Positions 1 to 11,527 of a DNA stretch of 35,527 nucleotides are shown here, piece after piece. Location: positions 1 through 35,527 of the forward strand of contig NKIB01000067.1 in NCBI GenBank assembly GCA_002256025.1. Reading direction: 5' to 3'. The translations under genes and the position numbers were made by a program. Positions within the stretch are counted from its first letter, which is position 1; each line of letters begins with the position of its first letter. The notes under the pieces are model-generated. The model had not been told where the DNA came from. It ran no database searches and worked only from the letters and a program-made list of their open reading frames with translations. This stretch comes from Asterionella formosa (lineage: Eukaryota).

Positions 1-254
1 TAACTGGTGGGAGGTTTTTGGTTCCGCTTTTCCAGAGTGCTGTTGACATGGAAATACGTTAATTTCATGCCATGAGTGCTACTATTTTACAGAAGTAAAT
101 CGATGAGCTGCCTGTAATTGAATGCAGCAATTGGAAAACGACAAAAATCGCCAATCATCAGGATGAAAGCACCCACTTCATCTAACAACCACCAACACGT
201 GCGTGCCGCAATGGAAATGACACCCTAAGCAGCATATGCTGCCTATCATAAAAC

Positions 255-960
255 AAGCGCCACAGCAGCAACAAAGAACATCTACAAAATCAAGAACAAG
301 ACTGTTTTCACAACACACAAGCGTCCACAACAAACGATAACCAATATGCATGCAAGCACCATAGTGAGAATGGTACGGGCACCAGAGGATCTCACTGCCA
401 AGACGAACCAATACAAGAAGGCTAACCACATCTACAAATTCATAAAGGAATACATTGTTAGCATAATGCTACTCCTTTACATTGCATTTTAAATGGTGAT
501 TAGATTTGATTGATTTTCGACAAGAAATAGTACAGCTTTACTAGCAAATATCACACAGCTACCGCCTCCTGTCATCCGATAATACATGAAAAATACGCAA
601 CGAAGCGAGTAAATTCTGGTTCCACTTTCTTACTGTCCCTTTTTTGTATAGACAAACTCATCTGTTTACTGTAACAGTCATTCAAAGTCTCCAATGAATC
701 CTAAAAGACAGGCCTGTTGCCTCTAAAGGTTGTTGTTATTAGATCCGTAATGGACTTAACAGTTACCGCAATGGTCGTTTGGGGGTCACTAGCTTTGTCG
801 TGTTACTGATTTTTAGGGGTCAAATCAATGTTGACTGATGATTACTACCGGTATGCTGCAGTCTTAAAAATGACTAATATACCGGTAGGCTTTTATTGAC
901 AGGCTTCGTCAAAACTGTTAAAACTCGTGGAAATTAGCAAAACAAGTTTTATCTTTAATA
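255..960 (+). repeat. Dispersed non-coding repeat, copy 1 (left arm of a diverged inverted-repeat pair)
   Basis: Aligns by eye to the reverse complement of ~5127-5800. Shared blocks include catctacaaaatcaagaacaagactgttttcaca, tttgattgattttcgac, atacatgaaaaatacg, tttttgtatagacaaactca, agacaggcctgttgcct, gtcactagctttgt and aggcttttattgaca. Confidence 0.85.
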
Positions 961-1506
961 TAGATAGGTATATTGCCTAGATAATACCCTCTGTGCAACT
1001 ATCATACCCACCGGAATACCGTTATGTATTCCAAAGTATTTTACTCGACGACATTTCTTGTCCATCAGGAGTGTAAGAGAAATACGTAAAACTGCTGTAC
1101 TACCGGTACACTTCAACATTGATCCGTGTTGTCTGAAGATGAGACGTGGCGACAATTGTTTGAGAACATCTTCTCATGCATTGATGATTTAATCAAGTCG
1201 TGCGGCAGATAAGCAAAGAACTTCCAAAAATGTAATTCAATACTTTCTGAGAGCCCCATTGTATTCGTCAAACCTGCATCAGTTTGTGTTCTGCATTGAT
1301 CTATCATTCCCTATCATAGAACTGCACTTCAAGGCCGCCAGTATAATTGGATAGTACATTGGCTGCATGGTATCTTGGCAAAACAATAGCTACAGCTATT
1401 AAGCCATACTTAAGCAGCCCAGTAAACTTGACTAAAATTCTGTATCGCACGATCTCGTTTGAACAAACAGCTCAACCAAACGAGATAATCACCTTTCAAT
1501 ATCATC

Positions 1507-2244
1507 ATGTCCGATACACTTTTTGTTACGCCGACCTCTGGTTGCCGTGATCCGAATACTTATGAATGGTCATTAATACGGATTCCAATACTGTTGAATA
1601 TTTCGGCTCTCATTTCCCTTTCATTTTGGTGGATGTCTCTTAAGCGTATCAATCTTTTCCGACAACTTCGACAAGTTGGAAAACGCGTTGGTGGTGTTGT
1701 CCGATCATCAAGGGCCGATGGGCAAAATTCATTCACTCTAACTGTTAGATTCCCTGCCTATGTTCAAATGCCCGGAGAACAGAATTTCAGTACTGAGTCT
1801 ACAGAGGATTTCAATGGACAAGAAGCACCCAGAAGGATCCATGGTTGGGCAACCAAAGAGTATAACGTGTCGTCTAACGAGTATATGACTGCTGTTCGAG
1901 TTCATGCAATTGAAATGGTATTTGATCCAAGCGCTGGTGCACCCAAAGGTCTAGCGGCCCCTGCTTATTTGCTGAATAGGTCTGCATCGTTAGGAATCGT
2001 TTGTTCCACCATCTGGTTACTTACTCCAACGGTTTTGCTTTTATTGTTCGGGGTCAATTACCTTCCACAGTGTGCACTATTCCATACAGGACCCTGCATT
2101 CCTTATTGGTTGGTGGGGTATTCTGTACCGGTTCTCATCATGGTTTTATGTCGTCGTATTTGTAAAGGAAAATGTACTTATAGTGATCTGGAATTTGAAA
2201 TGGAGACACTGAATGACGATGCCATCCCCGTGGAGGCTGTATAA
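1507..2244 (+). CDS. Hypothetical 3-TM membrane protein, family copy A (DUF3592-like layout)
   Basis: Intronless 245-aa ATG ORF. N-terminal TM (IPILLNISALISLSFWW), a beta-rich soluble part, then two C-terminal TMs joined by LPQCALFHTGPCIPYW. Clear paralogs at 10105 and 15874. Confidence 0.8.
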   Translation: MSDTLFVTPTSGCRDPNTYEWSLIRIPILLNISALISLSFWWMSLKRINLFRQLRQVGKRVGGVVRSSRADGQNSFTLTVRFPAYVQMPGEQNFSTESTEDFNGQEAPRRIHGWATKEYNVSSNEYMTAVRVHAIEMVFDPSAGAPKGLAAPAYLLNRSASLGIVCSTIWLLTPTVLLLLFGVNYLPQCALFHTGPCIPYWLVGYSVPVLIMVLCRRICKGKCTYSDLEFEMETLNDDAIPVEAV

Positions 2245-3273
2245 TCTTGAGTTGTATTCCTAGTAGTATAAAGTGGCAATCATGAGATACATATTCCATA
2301 ATACTAGGAGTAAACATAAATACATTGCTCATCTTTCTATAACCTCTTTCTGTCGACCTCATGCCCAAGAAGCTTTCATGGCCTGCTGTCATGGAAAGGA
2401 GTGATGTAGCTAACGACACGTACGGCTTTGGATCTCATATCTGTCGTTCTTACCATATATTCTTGTCGAGTCTTGTCAGTTTTAGAGAAGTGGAAAATGC
2501 AAAAAATTGCAGCACTGAAACTGCTGTCGTGACCTGTTTTGCGATTCTGAATGACACGTAAAAAATAAATAATTAAAATTTAATGTATACTTTTACATCC
2601 AACAAAGACTAAAGAAAATACCAAAGAACATATAATTTATTTGACGTGTTTGAAAGACTATGGACAAAATTGCATTCTCCTTCCTCCACATCCATCACTT
2701 CTGTATCATTTGTTAACTGTTTGTTGCTTCTTCAAATGGCACATATGATTTGCTGAACTCTCAATCCTTCTTGTTACTAAAGTTACAAATCGAAGCTCCC
2801 TCAAATGAGTGGACTGATGCCGATTATCTTGATTTTGAAAAGGCGTTCGGACTTGTTCTTTCTGTAAATACATCAGCTTGTTAATTTTCAGAAAATTCTT
2901 TAAATATTACATTTGAGTTGCAGCACTTTCAATCATTGTGCATCCTTGTCACTTCTGATGATTCCAAGAATAGTCAGGAGTCGAAACTTCGTCAAAACAT
3001 CAGACTGATCATGGCGTCCATCTGATTTTTGAAACAGCACCCGGCAACTTTGTATCTCGATCTGGTGCTGTGAATACAGCCTAAGTATATTCAAAAAATA
3101 AACTGGCAGCAGCTCAGACCTTTTTCACATGCTGTTGCTTTTGGTTTTCCAACACTCATACCTGCAACACCTTCTATAGCAGCTTCTGTATTAGCCGCCA
3201 ACCTCATCAAGTTTCACCTCTCCCCCTGCTCAATTTACAAAAATCAGCCTCATCTGCTCAACTTGGTTATTGT

Positions 3274-3560
3274 TTGTCACTTTCACTATCACTGTCAATG
3301 TCAATGTCACTATCACTATCACTATCACTATCTCAATCACAATCACAATCTCTATCACTATCACAATCACTATCTCTATCACTATCACAATTACAATCAC
3401 AATCACCATCAGAATCAGAATCACAATCACAATCTCAATCTCAATCACAATCTCAATCAGAATCAGAATCAGAATCTCAATCAGAATCTCAATCATTGTC
3501 ATTGCCATTCTTTCCACTGTCACTGCCACTGCCATTGCCACTACCACTGCCAGTAGTAGT
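3274..3560. repeat. Degenerate hexamer tandem repeat (TCACTA/TCAATC/TCAGAA/CCACTG variants)
   Basis: About 290 bp of 6-nt periodicity. It gives dipeptide-repeat ORFs in four frames (HY, IT, SL/SQ, IV). Confidence 0.9.
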
Positions 3561-4317
3561 GACCTTCTATGGCACTTGAAACAAATTTGATGTATTCAAG
3601 TACTCACTTTGGTGTGTTGAGAATCCACTACAAATTGCCTGTATAGTGGTAGTAGGCTTATTTACGCCTGTTCGATATACTGGTAGTCTATGACCATTAC
3701 CTGGTTCATGCATGGCTGAATGATGGCGGATTAATTTTAGTGTACGCTACCATTGTGTATATTCCTACAATTATTATATGCACGCAGTAATGGTTTGATA
3801 TGATTAAAGCAAAAGTTAGACATGGGTAGATTTTTCGAATCAATCCAATCTAAATACTCTTGTAACATGGTCCTTGAACATCATGTAGTTTCAATTCAAT
3901 CATGCTGTTACAGTATAGTATGTATAGCCGGCTGCTAGAAGCAGTGTACTGGTACCGGGCTTCACCATCAAAAAGGAGGAAAACACTGAACATATTTTGA
4001 CTATGCGACTATATAAAAAAGAGGATAGTATGTTTTATAGCCCATTCGTAATCTCCTATTTTTAGGCAAGTCTTTCATTGTGTTACCTCCTGCAAACAAG
4101 ACCTGTACTTTCCTAGTTTTGTTAGCGTAGGTAATCTTCAACCACGCACCTTTCACAAAAGTTGATCATCATAGCCACAGCGTTAGGGGAAACTCCGACC
4201 GCCTATAAAGGCGGCACAAGCTGCTTGTAGGGGGCAACCCACTATTTCTTGCACACCACCAGGCAAGACCGTGCAGGTCGGTAAGGATTGTGGGAGTCGA
4301 ACCCAACGATGGCTTTT

Positions 4318-4395
4318 AAAAAAAATGCAGGAATCGAACCTCACAACCTCAGATCAAAGGCAACGTACCAAGCAAACCACTGAGCCATTCCCTTC
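4318..4395 (-). ncRNA. tRNA-like RNA polymerase III unit (tRNA-derived SINE head or pseudo-tRNA)
   Basis: The minus strand reads A-box TGGCTCAGTGG (4387-4377), B-box GGTTCGATTCC (4340-4330), then a T8 tract (4325-4318). A second B-box, GGTTCGACTCC, lies at 4303-4293. The acceptor and anticodon stems do not fold canonically. Confidence 0.55.
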
Positions 4396-4453
4396 TTGTG
4401 TCACTTTATTAAAATATAGCTACAATGCAATAAACATTTAATGGATCTGACGA

Positions 4454-4490
4454 TAAGGGTTAGGAATTAGGATTGGAGTTAGGGTTAGGG
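4454..4490 (+). repeat. Short degenerate telomere-like (TTAGGG) tract
   Basis: taagggttaggaattaggattggagttagggttaggg: about six degenerate hexamers, two of them perfect TTAGGG. Confidence 0.6.
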
Positions 4491-5126
4491 GGACGAAATA
4501 CCCCTACCTGGTATCATTTTCTTATAGATATATATTATATTCGTGAGTACATTTACCGGTACTTGACTATTGCCGGTATTTGCTCGAGGACCGATGGGTA
4601 CAAGTAAAAAACTGCTGTGACCCACTGAACAGGAGAACACTGAACAGGAAAAAAACACGACGGTTTGACCCCAACAAATGCCGATATGTCAAGATGTAAT
4701 TTTATAGCGATTTGTTTGTCCTAAAATATTGGTTGAAAAGTGCAATCGACGAAAATATTGCCAGAACACGGATAACCCCATGTTTTGAGAATCCATTGTT
4801 ATAATCGCACTCGATTTATTTGGTATATTAGTCATGTCGTATCCCTTTCTCTGTCAATCATTTTTGCCTAAGTATGTTGAGCATTCGTAAATGGTATACA
4901 GTTCACATTAGCATATGTGCATATATGTATACCGGTTCAGTGTTACAGTCGTGGATATTGACATCATCAATATGCAGGTAAATGCTTGGCCATTCCGGTA
5001 TTTTTGTGAGTTGATTATATTACCGGGTATTTGGGCATACAGCCAGAACTCACTGTAAAGAGTCTTGCTTCCTTAAACGCATGGAACAATGCCCATAGTC
5101 AAACTTTTACAGTTTTCCGGGTTCAT

Positions 5127-5955
5127 TATTAAAGAAAAAAATTTGTTTTGCTACTTTCCCCGAGTTTTTTCTTGATGAGGCGGCTTGTCAATAAAAGCCT
5201 ATTGTAATTTTAAGACTAGTTCATGGTAATGCATCATCTGTAACAATTGATTTGATACCCCGAAAAATCAATTAACACAACAAAGCTAGTGACTTTCAAA
5301 CGACCATGGCGGTAACTTTTAAAAGCACTACGGATCTAAAAACAACCATTAAAGGCAACAGGCCTGTCTATTTGGATTAATTGGAGACTATGTACGACTG
5401 TTACAGTAAATGTTTGAGTTTGTCTATACAAAAATAGGGACAGTATAGTGGAACTAGAATTTACTACTAGCATCGTCACGTATTTTTCATGTATCATGCT
5501 GGTGTCACAGTATGTCATACATATTCGCTTGTAAAGCTGTATTATTTCTAGTCGAAAATCAATCAAACAATCAAATCGTCATTGAAGCTACAATGTAAAT
5601 GAGTAGTATTATGCTAAAAATGTATTTCTTAATGAAATCTTTATGTGACTATCATTATGATGATGCCTTGTGTTATTGGTTCTTGGCAGTGCAATCTTCC
5701 GGTGCCATTGTGCTTGTTGGTTGTGGGCAGTTACGTGTTCTTGTGAAAACAGTCTTGTTCTTGATTTCGTAGATGTCATTGCTGTTGCGGCGCTCATAAT
5801 GCCTTGAGTTGAATTTTGGCAGTTAGATCTTCTGCTATCATTTTCACTTTGTTGCTTGCGTGCTTGTGTGCTTGTTGCTTGTTGTTGTGGGCGCTTGTTG
5901 TCAGTTGTGTGTGCTGAAAACAGTACTCTTGTTCTTGATTTTGTAGATGTCGTCA
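5127..5955 (-). repeat. Dispersed non-coding repeat, copy 2 (inverted relative to 255-960), with an internal ~175-bp duplication
   Basis: Reverse complement of 255-960. The tcttgttcttgatt(t/c)gtagatgtc block occurs twice (~5753-5777 and ~5927-5951). Confidence 0.85.
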
Positions 5956-6544
5956 CATTTCAGTCTTAAGCTTGCGATATATTTATTAGCTTAAATCAAA
6001 AATGTGGCCAAGATTGTCTGACAAACAAATGAAAGAAATCGTTTTCGATTGCCCCTCATTTCCTTTCTCTTGATTGCAGCCATAAAACGAAATTAATTTA
6101 GCTGTAAACAATGCGAAGAATTTATAATTCTTTTTACCACCAAAATTAATTGCCCTTTTAGTCGCATCTAATTTGAGGCACAACATCATGTTGCATACCT
6201 ATATATGAGCGCTTGTTTTGTGAATACACTCCACTGTCACGACCATCTTTTTGGAGTCGTGGATAAAAATTTCAAGGCAATTCGGAGACAATTTAACTTA
6301 AATTAAATGTTTTCTAAGCTAAGTAAATCACCGCCCTGACCCCTGGTATAGGGGTGGTTCCAATACGCCTACGGTACGTACACTGGTAGTACTAGTATGA
6401 ATACTAATACCAATGGTAGCGTAAGGCATTACCAGGAGTACCTAGTGCACACTGATTGCTCTGTTCACCACAGTTTCCTATCCACTGCTGTTTCACCAGA
6501 TTTTTATATGACAAAAAATCTTACTATGAAAAAGTATTTTTACC

Positions 6545-8970
6545 TCATTTTTTATTGAATTTGTTCATACATTTCGCAGAACATTTGCAAGACACACTGC
6601 AATCATGCTTTTCCTTAAAGCATCCACAAGCATTTGTGCATTCTTTCAGACACCTACACCTTTGTTTTGACTTGCTATCTTGTGGATAACACAAAGCATG
6701 AGCTTGCTGCATACTAATTTTTCTATAACTTTCACAAGCAAAAGTTCCATCAAGTATGCATGGCTTGTCTCTTTTCATTCAAATATGGTGAAATGACTGC
6801 CTTATTTGGAAAGACAATGTATCTTCCTTGAGGAATAAAGTATATCTTCTCATTTCTCCCTTTTCCAGAACATATAATGCCATGATCAGTTACTGCTTAT
6901 ATTCCTCGTCCAAGCTCATTTGTAGATAGGGCGAAGACAGTGGCAGGAATTCCATGTGGGTTGCTTACATCTCTGTAGTCCATTTTAAGTGTAACTATAG
7001 ACTCAATAGTTGCCTTTTGCCTTGACTGCATATGTCTGCCTTTCATGTATTTGCTTTGATTTCTGTCGTTGTGCTCTAACATATTGTGCAAGTTTTTGTC
7101 TTGCATTTTTCTTTTTGCATCAGTTCACCATCAAAATCCACTTGCTCAGTATTCACTTGCTGTGTCATTGAATCAGTCTCATGTAGGTCACTTGGTAAGA
7201 TCAATTCACTATTTGATTGATTAACCATTTCCTTGAACATTGTTACAACAAAGAAGGGGCGATAGTAATGTGGAGAAATAGCTGATATGTTTACAATTTC
7301 TGGTTCAAAAATCGAACCCAGGACAAGACAAGCGATCGGGCCACAATTGTACCCATCATTTTAATGTACAATGATTTACTTTGAAATGACCCAGCTATCC
7401 TCATCAGTAAAGAGCTAAAATTCTGTTTTACCATTGGAATGGAAAGTTGGAAAAGAGTTCCTTCCAATTAGTTTCGTCCGTTTCAGCACATTGGTGATAT
7501 GGTGGAACCAAATGTTAAGACCTAGATTGAGGCCATCGTAAATTGTGATGACATTGGTGTCAAGGTTGCTCACCATCACTGCAAAGTGATCATTGCCATG
7601 AAAGACACTTACAACCCTTTTTACATTGACCTTCAATTTCTTGCAGATTTGCGATTCTACTTTTTCCATCGGTAACAGACAATGAACAAATTGAATGGAA
7701 CCAACTTGGTTCTTGTGAGCAATCAGTGCTGCAAAACTTGATATAAAATCAGTTTCATACCAGGCATTGGTATTCTCACATTTAGAGTAGTATGCTTCAT
7801 TGTTGCAAACTGTGATTAAATGGTATCCTGAAAAACAACATGAAATGCAATTGAGTGTGGGATATTACCTTTTGAATTTTTGTTATCCCCAAATAAAATT
7901 GACCCTTCACCTAAATCCAATGCTTCTTGAACTGAAAAGGCATTTCTTCTTGTTGTCATTTTTCTTTTTCTTGTTTGTGGAGGAACTGCAATGTTTTCAT
8001 AACTTATACAATCCCCATCTCGCTCCTCTTCTTCTGTGTTGCAATTGGCACCAGAAGATTGGAGCATGTTGTCTATGCCTTTGATTGAGTTGCCTGTGAA
8101 AGAAGACGGCAGCAAGTTGTCTCTGCCACAATCTAGCTGTAGCTGTTGAAACAAGTGATTACCCATATTATCGTTGTGATGCAGAATTCCATCCTTATTG
8201 TGGCAGTAGATGTGGAAAGACTGCTCTTTTTTCTCAGGTTTTTCATCATCGCTGCTGCTGATATCATAGTCACTGGTTTCCTCATAATCATTTCTTGATT
8301 GAGCTTGAACACTTTGCTAACATCAGGTCCTTCCAAAATTTCAGCAAAACGTTGTGAAAAGTCACAGCCACTGAAAGTGGTGTCACAGACATTGCCACAG
8401 TTTGGCAATGTCAACTCCATGAAGACAGAGTCATTGGGGTCACTGGGATTAAGGGTCAAGTCATACATGAATTCTACAACAGCACGGAATCTACTGCTAG
8501 CTGCCACATCCATGCGCTCTTGGATAGTTGTGCATCTGCGGATGCTGTCTCTGGTGGCCTTGTCTGGCATAATGGGATCAAAATCAATCCCAAAAACGGT
8601 TTCATTTGCAGAAACATCATTTTTGGCCCAACCACATTGTCGGTTCAGAATTGAATTAACTTCTTCAAGGCATTTGGTCCAGTTTGGACGGAGTTTTTCC
8701 TTTGCTCCAGTTGTTCCAGTTTCCGCATCGACTGGCGGAGTAGTACCTGTGCACGCCTTTTCATTCTTTGTTGCTGTCGTTGCTCCGGTTTCCGCATTGA
8801 CTGGAGTTTTGCCTGATGCCTCGTTTTCATTGAAAAAACAAAAGCTACAGCTTTGAAATGCGTGCGAAAGGATTCTCTCATTCTCTGTGCATCACCAATA
8901 CTGACAGTGGCATTGCCATGATCATTGGATGAAGATGTGGAAACGTATGAGAATTCACTCACCACATACT
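6545..8970 (-). mobile_element. Decayed Ginger/KRBA2-like integrase-family DNA transposon ORF with Ulp1 (C48) protease and Cys-rich C-terminus
   Basis: Minus-strand fragments in order: integrase-core-end-like PNWTKCLEEVNSILNRQCGWAKNDVSANETVFG (~8700-8590); Ulp1-like WYETDFISSF...NDHFAVMV...TIYDGL...H*NDGYNCGPIACL (~7760-7325, one frame with stops); IVTLKMDYRDVSNPHGIPATVF (~6990-6930); RKISMQQAHA...CRCLKECTNACGCFKEKHDCSVSCKCSAKCMN (6545-6730). Many stops and frameshifts. No DDE triad seen. Confidence 0.65.
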
Positions 8971-9372
8971 CTTAATCACTACTGACTTCATTGCGATTCT
9001 TCTTCGAAGAATTCATCTCAAATCAGAGCAGCTTTTCCGGTATACAAGTACAAGATGAAGGGCTGTGAGCAATCAATAGATTTAGTTGTGCATTGACTTC
9101 TATTGAAGATTCACTGCAAGTAGGTAGGTACACGTGGCTACAGGTAAGCATTTGTCAGGAGAGATTGCTATCACTTGCTCATCCTGCTGCTATCTAAATA
9201 AATCTAAGTTGTGATAGAGAAAAGAGGTTTTGGGTGAAATAAAAATTACCCAAAAATTAGATAGGAGGAATCATGAGGCCTGCATCAGAAATATATTTAC
9301 TTACAGCTAATTTATTTTAAAGAACAAAATTACTCACCAGATTTTGAGTGCTCATATCATTTCAGCTGAATA

Positions 9373-9878
9373 NNNNNNNNNNNNNNNNNNNNNNNNNNNN
9401 NNNNNNNNNNNNNNNNNNNNNNNNNNNNNNNNNNNNNNNNNNNNNNNNNNNNNNNNNNNNNNNNNNNNNNNNNNNNNNNNNNNNNNNNNNNNNNNNNNNN
9501 NNNNNNNNNNNNNNNNNNNNNNNNNNNNNNNNNNNNNNNNNNNNNNNNNNNNNNNNNNNNNNNNNNNNNNNNNNNNNNNNNNNNNNNNNNNNNNNNNNNN
9601 NNNNNNNNNNNNNNNNNNNNNNNNNNNNNNNNNNNNNNNNNNNNNNNNNNNNNNNNNNNNNNNNNNNNNNNNNNNNNNNNNNNNNNNNNNNNNNNNNNNN
9701 NNNNNNNNNNNNNNNNNNNNNNNNNNNNNNNNNNNNNNNNNNNNNNNNNNNNNNNNNNNNNNNNNNNNNNNNNNNNNNNNNNNNNNNNNNNNNNNNNNNN
9801 NNNNNNNNNNNNNNNNNNNNNNNNNNNNNNNNNNNNNNNNNNNNNNNNNNNNNNNNNNNNNNNNNNNNNNNNNNNNNN
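9373..9878. other. Assembly gap
   Basis: Run of N. Confidence 1.
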
Positions 9879-10104
9879 CGCACCGTAGTCAAACCTGCAT
9901 CAGTTTGTGTTATGCTTTGATACTTCGTCCCCTATCGTATGACTACGGTATGCATAGGAGAGTAAGCAGTATTGGAGAGTACATTGCATGGTAGGAGTAC
10001 CAGGCACAATCTTGGCACAGCAATCTTTATTGATCTCCTGCATCGCAAGATCTCGTGAGGACGAACAGTTCAACCAAACAAGATTGTCATCTTTCGGAAT
10101 CATC

Positions 10105-10857
10105 ATGTCCGATAAAACGAATACGGGCCTTGATTATTGTGATTGGAATGAATATGAATGGTCTTATATATGGATTCCAATATTTTTAAATATTCTGGCT
10201 CTCATTTTCCTTTCATATTGGTGGAAGTCTCTTAAGCGTATCAATGGTTTCCGACAGCTTCGACAAGTTGGAATATGTGTTCGAGGTTTTGTTAGATCAT
10301 CAAGGGTCGTCGAAACTCAACATGATGGACAAATTCAGTATTCATACTATCTGACTGTGATATTCCCGGTCTATTTTCAAATGCCTGGAGATCAGAATTT
10401 CAGTTCTGAGTCCACAGAGGGTGTCAATAGCCACGAAGTCCCCAGACGTATCCATGGTTTGGCAACCAAAGAGTATCGCGTGTCATCGAATGTGTATTCG
10501 ATCGCTCTCCGAGTGCATGAAATTGAAATGGTTTTCGATCCAAGTGCACCCGAAGGTCTGGCGGCCCCTGCCTATTTGCTGAATACGCCTGCATTGTTAG
10601 GTGTCTTTTGTTCCGCCATCTGGTTGCTTACTCCAACGGTTTTCTTTTCATTGTTCGGGGTCAAGTGTCTTCCACAGTGTGCACCGCTCCATACAGGACC
10701 CTGTGCTGTATTTTGGTTGGCGGGATATTTTGGACCGATTCTCATCATGATTTTATGTCATGGTATTTGTAAAAGAATACCGGTATGTACTTCTAGTGAT
10801 CTGGAATTTGAAATGGAGACACTGAATGAAGATGCAATCCCCGTGGAGGCTATATAA
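10105..10857 (+). CDS. Hypothetical 3-TM membrane protein, family copy B
   Basis: Close paralog of 1507-2244. Start placed at ATG 10105 (catcATGtccgat, same context as copy A). Homology extends upstream (~9886 vs ~1266) and downstream (to ~11070 vs ~2470), so this is a segmental duplication. Confidence 0.8.
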   Translation: MSDKTNTGLDYCDWNEYEWSYIWIPIFLNILALIFLSYWWKSLKRINGFRQLRQVGICVRGFVRSSRVVETQHDGQIQYSYYLTVIFPVYFQMPGDQNFSSESTEGVNSHEVPRRIHGLATKEYRVSSNVYSIALRVHEIEMVFDPSAPEGLAAPAYLLNTPALLGVFCSAIWLLTPTVFFSLFGVKCLPQCAPLHTGPCAVFWLAGYFGPILIMILCHGICKRIPVCTSSDLEFEMETLNEDAIPVEAI

Positions 10858-11105
10858 TCTTGAGTTATATTCCTAGTATAAACTGGCTGTCACGAGGTAT
10901 ATATTACATAATACTTGGAGTGCACGTAAATTCATGGGTCATGTTATCTACAACCTCGTTCTGCCTACCTCTTGTTCATGATGCTATCATGGTCTTCCAT
11001 GGGAGAGAGCAATGTAAACACATTGGCTTTTGATCTCAAATGGCCATCATTCTTAACTTATTCTCCATCGTCTTTTAGGATGCCCATGTACAAAGGTGGT
11101 TAAGC

Positions 11106-11308
11106 TGTAAGCCACCGTTAACTTACTCCATCTTCCAAATAAAAATGTTTATGTTATACAAGGATCAAAACTTGATGCAAGTACAAAGTGTATGTTACAC
11201 GATGCTCTCTACTACACTATTAAGTAATCCGATTTGATTCAGTGTATTGAGCCATGCAGATATAATTTTTCCAGCGTCGCTACGATTGTCACATAGTGGT
11301 GGCTTACA
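11106..11308. mobile_element. Candidate ~200-bp MITE
   Basis: Perfect 11-bp inverted termini tgtaagccacc (11106-11116) and ggtggcttaca (11298-11308). The left end sits where 3' flank homology between copy B and the 13565-14013 copy stops. Confidence 0.4.
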
Positions 11309-11527
11309 ATGCATATTTTTCTATCTGCTGTGTATGTACCTATTTTCCCCCCAAACCGTGTTTATTTTTACTTCGTTTATACCACAAACATTCCTTTCTT
11401 ATTACGTTACGTTTTACACTTTTGCAGGGCAGCATCATTGTCAGAGAATTCTCTGATGCATAACCTAAATCACGAGTTTCGCATCCAATTACTTGCGGAG
11501 TCTCAAACTTCACCACAGAATGGAAGA

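Noticed and set aside
2660..3250. Coding-like minus-strand stretch next to the hexamer repeat
   Set aside because: Stops in all frames and no family recognised. It may be a TE relic but I cannot support that.
3230..3590. Four overlapping dipeptide-repeat ORFs (HY, IT, SL/SQ, IV)
   Set aside because: By-products of a hexamer repeat. None has an ATG start or a unique flanking domain, and the DS-repeat frame is broken by stops.
6339..6356. Hairpin acccct-ggtat-aggggt (and ctacct-a-aggtag at ~13274) as Helitron 3' ends
   Set aside because: Short stems with no convincing CTRR terminus or Rep/helicase remnant.
8299..8856. 185-aa plus-strand ORF
   Set aside because: Antisense shadow of the Ginger-like minus-strand frame. 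The same applies to antisense ORFs over ADSS, TM9SF, the transporter, the 28397-29419 orphan and the UBX gene.
9988..10104. 39-aa N-terminal extension of copy B
   Set aside because: The homologous region of copy A is not open in frame, so ATG 10105 is preferred.
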